Shown in pieces: positions 13,801-25,800 of a stretch of 64,000 bases of DNA. The notes under the pieces were generated by a model. The model was not told the DNA's origin. It saw only the letters and a list, made by a program, of their open reading frames with translations, and ran no database searches. The DNA comes from Podarcis melisellensis (lineage: Eukaryota), in NCBI GenBank assembly GCA_964234715.1, contig OZ174279.1. One strand, given 5' to 3'. Position 1 is the first letter of the stretch. Each line of letters opens with the position of its first letter. Made by a program: the position numbers and the translations under genes.

Positions 13801-16800
13801 TCCACTAAAATGGATTGATTTCCTATATCTAACCTTGGGAGGAGGGGAAATTGTGAAGTCAAATGTTTGTAAATAGAAAAAACAATATTTTAAGTATTCA
13901 TTTTCAACAATAGCATTCTACAAGAGCCTTTGGTTTCTTGAAGCCACCATACATAGTGGGGGCACATTCACTTGTTTAAATAAGGGTCTGCACACAGTCA
14001 GGATTAGTAGTGCCTCTCTCCCTTTTCGCATAACTGAACAATGCTTTGAGTACAGGAAGTATATGCATGAGTGTTTTGTAGCTGAAGAAAGCCACCAAAT
14101 TTGTTGTGAAACCATGCTACTGTCTGTTATGGAAATGTTTTGTTCCTGGGTTAGGGAGAGGGGACTACTGGATGGCGCTGCACTTCATGATAAGTGCCAG
14201 CTATTCTACCGTTTGTTGTTGCATGGAAAAGAGCCACAGATATGAATACTATATTCTGACGCCATTCTGCAGTTTGCAAGCATTGTTTTCAGACCCCCAG
14301 TACCAGAATGATTGTATTGTGTTTTAACTGAGATGGCTCAATGGTGAGGAAAGTTAGTTTGAAGGGTTGCTGCCTAACTCTGTGAAAATGGATACTTGGA
14401 AATGGAAAATGCCATACTAATAGATTTGGATTTGTTTCAGATTTGCCTTGGTGGTTGATTCTAATTCGCCAAAAAGTCGTGGTTGGCAAGCTTCCAGGAG
14501 ATCATGAAATATGCAAAGTAACAAAGATTGCAGCAGTACCACTCTCTGAAGCAGAACCTCAGGATCTGGAACTGGAGGTAACTTTAACACTCGGAATACT
14601 TTGAAATCTAGCAGTTGATAAGATGAGTGCTTATATGCAAAACTAGGGCTTCGATGTTATCTGAGGCTCTTAATTGGATGGTGTTTTTAAAAGTTTGAAC
14701 TTTGGGATTTCTTCTGTTATCTGCCGCCTTGCTGAATTTGTATTTTTAATTTTATTGTTAATAACCTTCATTAGCTGCTTTGAAGCATACATGAAAATCT
14801 GCATATAAATATCCTGAAAATAGATAGATAGATAAGAATATGCACATATTCATACCTAAACCACATGCTTAAATAAAAGATAATTTATTTAACATTCATT
14901 TGATAGGACATATGGAATAGAATATTGTTTCTTTAAGCTTTATATTAACTTGATATTTTCTTTTCAGCTCTGTAAAAAACATCATTTTGGAATAAACAAA
15001 CCAGAGAAGATTACCCAGTCTCCAGATGACTCTAAATTTCTGCTCAAGACCTTCACTCAGATTAAATCAAATGTTTCTGCTTCTAATAAAAAGAAGGTAG
15101 GGATTTCTGTGGGCTTTCAAAATGTCTTTTCCTTGTGGAGTGCTATAAAAACTATTTGTATTTGTTTGTATGTATGTATGTATGTATGTATGCATGTATG
15201 TATTCTGTACTTTTTCCGCAAAGTAGCTTTTTATGGTTTCCTGCCAATCAAATCTGCTACTCATTCTAAATAAGCATCCCTGGCCCCTCTGTTTTGCATT
15301 TCACCCTGCAGGTGATATCCAGTTATGGCATCCCACTTGTGCAGTGCACTTCTGCTCCTTCAGATAGGACTTCCTCTTCCTTTCTTTTCCAAAGCCTTTC
15401 TCTTGTCCTGTATTGTTCTTATTTATTTGACAACTTCACCATCCATCTATTGATGGGGCAGAAAACCTTGGACATTTTTGATTTCTCTCTCCTTTGAGCA
15501 TATTCAGTCCTTTACTGAGTCATATGGCATTGCAAACATTTGTCAGCATTTCAAAAACATGTCTCTTCCATTTGGGCCGTGTTCTGCTTGTGCCCAGCTT
15601 CCACTGCTGCAGTCTTCTCCTCTGTCTAGAACAGGAGTGGGGAACCCAGCATCCCAGACAGCATGACCAGTGCTCAGGGATAATGGGTGTTGTAGTCCAG
15701 CAACATCTGGAAGGCCGCAGGTTCTCTACCTCTAGCCTAGAATTCTGCACCCACTATTCATCTTTCATCATTCATACTATGACATAGTTCCTTACATCCT
15801 TATGACAGCTTCCTGTCTGCTTTCATATTCAGCACAATTTCGTTCCAGGTCTTTGGCACCTCGTACGTCTTCATGCTCATCTTCCAGTATATCCATGCCA
15901 ATGACCTTTTACTCATCCCAACTCCCCCAGGCTTAGGTTTCCTTCTTGCTGGAATTGCTGTCTTGTCTTTGTTGGCAGCATTTATGCCTGTCCCAGCAGA
16001 ACAAATATGTAATGTTCCCACTTTGTCAAAAGGACAACCATAATGGCTAAAGCAGAGCTTTCCAAACTTTTCATGTTGGTGACACACTTTTTAGACATGC
16101 ATCATTTTGTGACACTGATTCAGTTTTGCATCCTTTCACAATACTCTAATGCAGTTTTACTAGCAAACTGGAGGTTAAATCCTTTTCCAGCCCCAGGAGG
16201 AGCATGGGGAGTGTTTGTGCGACACACGTACAGACTGCAGCCAACACACTAACATGTCTTGACACACAGTTTGGAAAGCTCTGGGTTAAAGGAACTAAAG
16301 CACTTTTTGTTCATAAAGAGGCTAAAACATTTGGGACTGTTTAGTTTAGGGATGGCAGAGGGACTAAGGAAGAACATAATAAAGATTTATTAAAAATTAT
16401 TTGTGGTTTGAGGAAAGTGGATAGACATTTTTTCCTATGCTACCTCTTAGACTCTTCCATCTGTGAAAGGTACACTCTGTACTGAACCATTTGCTTTTTA
16501 GAAGATAAAATCTCGCTGTAGAACATGAAGTGTTTTGTAACATATGATGTGGTCTGATCTTTTTATCTCCTTCCATGCATCAAAATAGAGGAATACAGTA
16601 TATTGTGTATGGTGCCTGAGCAACTTCTGCTACATTGGAAAATGGGCAGTCACGTTGATAGGGAAGGCCTATCAAAGACAGTAGCATCTCGGGTTACTTT
16701 ATCCTCGGGTAACGTAAACTTCAGGTTGCGAAAGCAGCAAACCTAGAAGAATTCGACCAGGTTTTGCCGTGCGCGCATGTGCAGAAGTGGTCTACTGCCG

Positions 16801-19800
16801 CGTGCATGCGTACAACAGTGATCCTCGGGTTGCGAAAACCTTGGGATCGGGCCGGAGCTCCAGAGTGGATCTCGTTTGCAACCGGAGGTACCACTGTATT
16901 CTAAATCTCTCTCCTACTTGAAATCTAAAATGACATAATACCCTATACAGTGGTACTTTGGGTTACATACGCTTCAGGTTACATACGCTTCAGGTTACAG
17001 ACTCTAAACCAGAAATAGTACTTCAGGTTAAGAACTTTGCTTCAGGATGAGAACAGAAATCGTGTTCCGGCGGGGCGGCGGCAGCAGGAGGCCCCATTAG
17101 TGAAAGTGGTGCTTCAGGTTAAGAACAGTTTCAGGTTAAGAACGGACCTCTGGAACGAATTAAGTACTTAACCTGAGGTACCACTGTATGTATCTTCCAA
17201 TCTATGTGACCTGAAGAAGCAAGACCTTAAATTTGTAGTTAACTTCTATGGCTGACCCATTTGCTTGATGAGGACAAAGGTCGAAGGTTGGGAGATCTTG
17301 CTGGGCTGGAATTTGTAAAAGTTGTTTAATAGTATATATTTGGATATAAAATTAATCAAAGTAACATTTCCCCAGTCAGCCTAATATTTTGCTGTTTCAC
17401 AGGTTAAAGAAAGTAAAGAGAAAGAGAGACTGGAGAGGCGGCTGCTGGAAGAACTATTCAAAATGTTTATGGACTCGGATTCTTTTTATTACAGTTTGAC
17501 TTATAACCTAACAAACTCCGTGCAAAGGCAAAGTGCATGTGAGAAGGCTAACTTGCCACTCTGGAAGAAGGTAAGGTTGTCTGTTGAAACATTATCAGTG
17601 TTTTGAACGAACACTTGGATTCCTATGTGCATGTATCTGATCTTATTCATTTATCTGTAAAACCAAGAAACACGAATTGTTTCCTGTTGGTTTGTGTTCT
17701 GATAAGGGTGAGTTTGCATTGTTCTCTGATTTTCAGATGGAAAATATTTACATCTTAATTTCATTTTCAGGTTGATGATAGATTTTTTTGGAACAAACAC
17801 ATGCTAGAAGACTTGATCAATATTGGTGTGAGTAATGTTTGCTATGAATATGTATTTTGTTTAGAACCTCTGCGTAGAAAGCTGTTCTACTTGTTTTTAC
17901 TTCTTAATCAAATTGATTAGTAAGGAGATTTGTCAGGCTTCATGGGTCTCATTCTAACTTTCTGCAATATATATAATTCTGTAATAAAAATGTAGAAACC
18001 TAGTGTGGAAGGGGAAAATGCATAAAATGACATATTCATCAGACCATAGGAAGAGCCTACTTGTTCAGGCCAGTGACCAGAGGTGCCATCTTCGGAAGAA
18101 CATTGAGGGGGAGGGCACACAATGTCCTGACGTCGCTCTGTTCTCGGCTCTGCATTTGGCTTGAACAATGCAGGGGCCCCTGGAGCTGGTGCCTTTGCCA
18201 GTGGCCCATCTACTCCATCATTCTGTTGTCACAGGGACCGATCTGATGCCTATAGGAAGCTTGCATGTAGGACCTGAGCATAAGAGCATGGTCCCCTCTT
18301 GCAGTTTCTAGCATCCAGAAGTGTGCTGCCTCTGATTACGGAGGCAGAGCATAGCCATCAAGGCCTGTAGCCATTGCTAGCTTTTACCTCCATTAATTTG
18401 CCTAAACGTATTTTAAAGCCATTCAAATTTGGTGGCCATTATTACCTATTGTAGGAACGAGTGTGAAGAAGAACTTCCTTTTATTCACCCTAAATCCTTC
18501 CAACAATTAGCTTCACTGGAATTTCATGAGTTCTAGGGTTACGATAGAGGGATGAAATATATATCCACTTTCTCCATGCCTTATAAATTTCTATCATCTC
18601 ACATTTTCTCCAAACCGAAAAAGTCCTAAATGCTGCAACCTTTCCTCCTATGGGAGTTGCTCCATCCATTTGTACTTCATTTCTTTTTAACTTTGTAGAA
18701 ATCTGAAGTGGATTTTTGGATTATCCCAGTCATCCAGGGATTTGTTCAGATTGAAGAGCTTGTAGTTAATTATAATGAAGCATCAGATGAAGAGAAAAGC
18801 AGTCCTGAGACACCACCTCAAGAGCCAGTCTGCGTGGATGATATTCACCCATGTTTTCTTGTGGCCCTTATCTCACGCCGAAGTCGCCATAGAGCTGGTA
18901 AAGTTGCTATGATAGCTTTCATGGACTGTTTAATAATAGAAAAATATTGATTGAATCAAGAACTTGAAAAAGTTGCACAAGATTCTTTTTTCAAAAATGA
19001 TGTTCAGCTGATACTCCATGCCTTCCCCCACCCCCCAGATGACTGTACCCAGAAAACGGTATTGCTCTCTTTTATTCCTTTCACCATGTAGTAGTGCTAA
19101 TAATATTTATTTTGATGGGATTAAAGTTATGCATTTTTCACAGGTTTGCTTTCCAATTACATTGATCCTGAATTACATTGACCATGGATACCTGTCTGGT
19201 TTGGGATAATGATATAAAACTACATTACTTTCATTCTTCTGTGCTAGTTTTTGTGTAAAAGGGGAAAGAAAGACTTGAATCATAAGGCAAAGGACATTCA
19301 TGGGAGAAAAACTTTCCTTTCTCCTCCACACTATCCTGTGCTACCCCCAAAGCCTTTTTTGCAGGGAGCACAGGGGAGAGGAAACTTTCCTTATGTGGAC
19401 ATCCTTATTAACTTAACAAAGCTATTGGCTTGGATCCTAAAGTTATCAACAATTATTTAATATGCAGAAACATGCACATTTCTAATTGAATTCTCTTACT
19501 GTTAACCTGTGTGGCTGGCAAGAATAACTTTTCCAACTGCTTTGCAGGGCTTGCCATCGCCATATAAATCAGAAATGGTAATAAACACTGAGGGTGGAAT
19601 TCATCATCATACTCTTCCAGTTGTTCCATCTGTGCAAGCATTGCCAGACAGAACAATCCTTCCTCTGTCCCACTGCATGCTATTCTGGGGGTTCCCTCCT
19701 ATGAGCCAATTTCAAGGTATGAAGGGGGAGGAGTCGGGGGGAAGCCCCATTGTTCAGGTAGAAGTCCTTGCACATGACTTCTGCTGATGGGGTTTGCTAG

Positions 19801-22800
19801 GTGAATCCCACCTTGAATATATGCCACACCCCTGCCCCCCCCAAAGGAATTAGTTTTCATAGCCCTGTGTATTCATTGTGACGAAAATAAGCTGTTTTTA
19901 AAATAAAACTGGCTACATAAAATAAAATACATAAACTAAATAAACTACATAAGATTCACTGTAGTCTTCTGAATTTATAAATTGATTTCAGCCATCTAAT
20001 TCCCCCCACCCCCAAATATCTGCCGTAGGACTAATTTAATCTACTGATACCAGTTTGACTTTTGATTTGACATTTTTGATCTCTTCATTCTTTTGCTATA
20101 ACGGAGTAGCATTTAACAGCTGGAAATTACTCTAGCAAATACTATTCATAGGCTTGCTATATCCTTCCTTAGAATTCTTTGTTCTTGTTTTTTAAAGGAA
20201 TGCGTTACAAACGGAGAGGCGTTGATAAAAATGGGAATGTGGCAAATTATGTGGAGACAGAACAATTGATTCACGTCCATAACCACACCCTCTCTTTCGT
20301 TCAGACGAGAGGCTCAGTGCCTGTGTTCTGGAGTCAGGTTGGTTACAGATACAATCCCCGGCCACGACTGGACAAATGTAAGCATTGGTACCTTAAGAGT
20401 GATTTATGCTCTTACTACAGCGTTTGATAGACTTAAATATTTATAGCTATGTTTCAGGTCGTAGTAAAGGTAGTCACTTTCGTTCCTTCACATGTACCTG
20501 GAGTATTTTCATTGCTGTTATCTCCATACTCCAGGATATAGCAAGCTGCTGCTCACATTATTTGACACTCAATTGGCAGAGGGACAATTCCCAAAGGGAC
20601 AAGTGCCCCTTGGATGTGTTGTGTGAACACTGTAAACCAAACTACACAGATGAAACTTTTTTGAGTTCTTAAGGGTGGCAGGGGAACAGCGATGTTCCAG
20701 GTACACATAAAGAATGGTATATTAATTTAATAACGTAAACCTACAACCCTTTGTTTGACATCCTTCTATGGAAGCAACCACTCTGCAAACTAAATTTCTG
20801 ATGGCATCTTGAAACTTGCACAGATCACTTTATATGGAATCAGATCAAAAGCCTGAAAGTCTTGAATGTGGCTGTTAAGTTAGATCAGCTGAGAGCATCC
20901 ATAATCAAGTTGAGAATGCCAGAGATTGAACCTGAGTTGTACTCTACCGCAGAATGTTGCTTTACCACACCTCCCCCCTAAAGCACAGTTTTTCAAGCAA
21001 AGTAAAGATGAAATTACATTCTTGCATTCACCTGACATTTGAGGAGGATAATACTTAAAATAGTGCCGAGTGTCAGTTTAAGTATTTCCAAATGTATTAG
21101 AAAGGTACATCTCCCCAGGAGTTTCTTTTAGTGAATTAGATGTACCTGTTCACCTGGTAGTGAAGATGGTTGGGATAATAGCAAGCTGCAGCGTTAGATG
21201 GGATATCAGGCTGCAGTTCTGTTCTGGAGTGGTACAGAACTGGAAGAAATAGTTCCTATGGAAAAATGCTCTGAAATTCATTTATTCTCCAGAATTGCCC
21301 ACACTCGTCTCTTAGCGGTAATTTTCTCTTTCCTATGAATTTCTTTCCACAGACTCCTCCATGCACCTACTTCCAACGTGGCCCTGTTTGAATATTTTAA
21401 ACGTGCCCATTTCATCTCCCAAGCTTCCTTAACAAGGTATTTTTTTTGCAGGTGAAAAAGAAACTGTTCCATATTTCCGTGCACATTTTGAAGAACAGTT
21501 GAAAATTTATACAAAACAGGTGGGTTTCCAAATTATTACAAGATCATATATTAAAAGTTTGGAACTATTGTAATGGTGATGTGTATCTTTTAACTTATGA
21601 AGAACAGAACTAAATGGTTGCATTTCATATTGAAAGCTGTTCCTGTTGTTGTTGTTGATGATGATGATGATAATAATAATAAAGATAATCATCATCATCA
21701 TCAAAATAAAATAAAATAAAAATAAAAATAAATACCCCGCCCATCTGGTTGGGTTTTGCCAGCCACTCTGGGCGGCTTCCAACAAAATATTAAAATACAA
21801 TAGTCTGTCAAACATTAAAAGCTTCCCTAAACAGGGCTGCCTTCAGATGTCTTCTAAAAGTCTGGTAGTTGTTGTTCTGTTTGACATCTGGTGGGAGGGC
21901 GTTCCACAGGGTGGGTGCCACTACTGAGAAGGCCCTCCGCTTGGTTCCCTGTAACTTGGCTTCTCGCAGTTCCAACCATTGGAACAACAATTACAACCAT
22001 ATAAGGTGACATGCTTAGGACCAAACAGCAGCTGTATGCCAGAGAGCATCCTAACTATTGTTGCTGCCTTGGCAAGTTTCTGTGCATTTGTGTATGCGAA
22101 CTCTTTTTATCCTAATCCTGAATGTTGGAGAGCTAGGAGAAAAGCAACTTTTCAACCATAATTAGCCCATAATATTGGATTACATGCAATTAATTGATGG
22201 CACTCTAGAGGACACAGTTTCTGAGGGAGCTTCTAGCACTTATTGAGAAAGCACACAGCAGTCACCTATAACTTCTCCTAGACTAGACATATTTGCCCCT
22301 TGTATATACCTGTTAGATTTCATTTGTCTTATGTACTTGTTTGCATTTTTATTTTGAAAACTTTTAACAGATTATCATTAACTTGGTGGACCAAGCTGGA
22401 CGAGAAAAAATTATTGGTGATTCTTATCTTAAACAAGTTTTAATGTACAACAATCCAAGTCTTACATACGTTTCATTTGACTTCCATGAACACTGGTAAG
22501 TCTGTCAAAATGTCTTATAGCAATTTAATACAAAAATGCTAAATCATTCCATTACATTCCATGTTTCTTGTAAGCTGGTATAGTATGGCAGGTGTTTTCC
22601 AGAGCTAAGTTATGCCTCTGTGAATGTTTTCAACATCTTTGTAAACTGTCATTTTGAAATATTGTCTTTATAAAAATGTTTAGGTGAGTATTTTCTTGTA
22701 TGTGTTCATACATACTGATGTCAGAGAGTGAGTCAGGATTTGGGGCATGTGCATAGCTATTCAAGTTGATTTGTCTGTGACAGATACTAGAAAATGCTTT

Positions 22801-25800
22801 TTAAAAATCTCCATAAGGATTATTTTTTCCAGATTTCGTTTGATATAAAATATACAGTACTGCATTCCTCTAAGAGTAAAAATTCAGTGGAACTTTTAAT
22901 CTTACTCTTCAAACAATGACCTGCACAATTCCTTATCTGCATCTCCCATGGTCGTATTAAATTATGTGTTATTTTTAATACACCTATGTAGAATTGTACT
23001 GACCATTATTATATAAGCATCTCTCCGATGAATTTTCATGTTCCTGTGTTGAAAAAAAGAAAAATAAATCAGTAAGTTATATTTTCTTTGTACCTTTTAG
23101 CCGTGGAATGAAGTTTGAAAATGTTCAAACATTGACAGATGCCATTTCGGACATAATCACTGATGTGAAGTGGTGCTGGTTAGTATTAGCATGTTAATTT
23201 CACTCTGAAACAGAAAATAAATTTTACATAAATGATTGCATGCCACTTGCCCCCTTGTAATGATACACACGCTGCTTGATAGGGTAGATTATTTTGGCCG
23301 GTGATTTACAACTGGTCCAAGATGAGCTTGTATATCCCTCGAAGTACCCAGTGTACAGTTCTTCTGGGCCGGCTGCTAACTGGGAATGCTTGGTTAGTAG
23401 AAATGGCCAGGGTGCTTTTTACCATCTTATGTTCACAACTGGTGAACATTTGGAGAGGATAAGCCTTTTCTCAGTTATCATTGCACCTAGTAATGCCCAG
23501 TCTGGACTATGTTAATTCATTCCATTTGGGCTGCATTTAAATACAGTTTGGAAATCTGGCTGCCCTAGTAATGATGGGGTCAGGTGATCAGATCAAATGG
23601 AACCTATATTTCACCAGTTGCTGGTACATTTCTGTCCCATTTGAAAGTGCAGGTCCTAATAACCTTTGAATGGTGTGGAACTAAGTTGCCCACACTTTTC
23701 ACCAGCTGAAGCCTTATTTATGTCTCTGCCGGGAGAAAAATTAAGCTTGAAGGCATATAGGACAGAGATTTTCTCAGTGGTGACCCTACATTTGTGGAAC
23801 ATACTGCCAATTAGAGAACATCAGGACTCCATTGCTGCAGGCCTGAAGTCTTCTTTGTTCTTTGTCACATTTTCTTAAATGGGCTTTATTGGGCTGCTGA
23901 ATTAAATAGTTCTTAACCATAATTACTGAACTGGATATTTAGGCATAATTACTGAGGTTGGTTTCATCAGTGGTTATTTTAGTTACTGTTTGGATGTTTT
24001 TGTTACTCATGTTATATATTTTATGGGAAGTTTCCTTAGAAGGCTTTTGACTCTTAAAGGCAGCATATAATAGTGTTAATAAAATTAATTAGGAGAGGTT
24101 TGGACAGTATTTAAAGCTCAGGTTAATAAAATGATGGCATCTCATCAGTGATAATACAGTTACCTCACACAGAATGGGTAATGTTTAGGTGCCCTTTTTG
24201 AAGGACAAGAAATTAGTTTCTTGAGAGTAATGTTCATTGTTTCCCCTGTGACAGGGGTGGGGAAGCTTTTTGGCTCCATGTTCCATATCCTTAACGGGAT
24301 TTCTGTTTTAAGACAGCAAACACTGCTATTGCAAGCATCGTGGCAATCAAGAGAAACCCTGCTTCTTGCAGATCCACTAAAAAGGGGCTTCTCTAGTGAG
24401 CAGTGATATGTCCTGCAGTGCGCCTGTAAGAAGTGCAGCGATACCTGTAAAATACTGGGGGTAGTTTCTCCTCTCCCCTATTCTTCTTCTCATCTCAAGC
24501 CACCCTGAGACAGCCTTCCTCAGGAAATAGGAGAGAAGGGGAAAGAAAGCATGCTGTTTGCAAAGGCCTCTGTAACTATGAGAAGAGAAGGAGGAGAGGG
24601 CCTAAAGCTGAACATTATTTGGACAGATTTGTGGACATTAACGCAGCAGCAAGAAGATGATTGGAATCCCCTTCGGAACTTGAAATATGCGTACCTCCAA
24701 CAAAAATTTAAAATTCGGCTTTGTAATTCATGTGATGTGATTTGATTTGATTGGTTGGTTAATAAAAATTATTATAAAAAAAAGCTGATCTAGTCCCCTC
24801 AAGCTGGACAAGGGAAAACACAAGAGAACTAAAGGAGCCAGGTGCAAGACCAGCAGAATGGAAGAGGGGAGGGACTTTAAGACAGCCCTTGCCACACTTG
24901 GGGCAAGGATTAAATCCCACTACTTTGGCTGTGCAGGCACTCAGACAATGCAGAATTTAATTCTGCCATCCCACCCATCATTCGGATGGGTGGGGTGGTT
25001 TAGGGAAAATGAATTTTTTTCTACACCGAGGGATGTAGGATTTTTTTCACTTTAAGCCTTCTAATATTTTACTTCTTCACTTTTTGCAAGGGTGGACCAA
25101 GCTGGAGTGATTTGTAAGCAGGAAGGGATTTTCCGAGTTAACTGTATGGATTGCCTGGATCGAACCAACGTTGTCCAAGCTGCCGTGGCCCGTATAGTTA
25201 TGGAACAGCAGGTATTGCAACTTCAGTTTACAAAAACCTTTATTAATGAGAACTATGTCAATTAGACTAGTATGAAATGTGTGCATAGTCTATTCATATT
25301 TAAATTGCTTCAGAATAATTCTTCTAATGTAAAGCATGATCTTAGTGGAGAACAGTAGTTATTACCCTTGCCATGGTTGCACAAGTAATAGATGCAAATT
25401 CAAATTTTTGTCCGGTGTTTGGAGAACAAGGTTTCAGTGGTTAAGAGACAAATGGAATAAACTTGCTTTCTGTAGCTTCAGCCCTATACTCCTAGAGTAA
25501 AAAAAGACGAAAGAATGGCACTTAGTAATAACAATAAAATTAAATTCCAGTTGAAGAAGTTGGGTGTGATGCCACCGGAACAACCACTGCCAATGAAATG
25601 CAATCGGATCTACCAGATTATATGGGCTAACAATGGTGATGCCATAAGCAGACAATATGCGGGAACAGCAGCTTTAAAGGTAAAAACATTTCACTTCAAG
25701 TAAAAATAACTCTTAGGGTAATTCTTTTCAGTTTTGTTAACTGAACTTATAGCAGGAATAGTTTACAAGGTTTATACAGGAGCTTATTGTTTTGGTTTAA

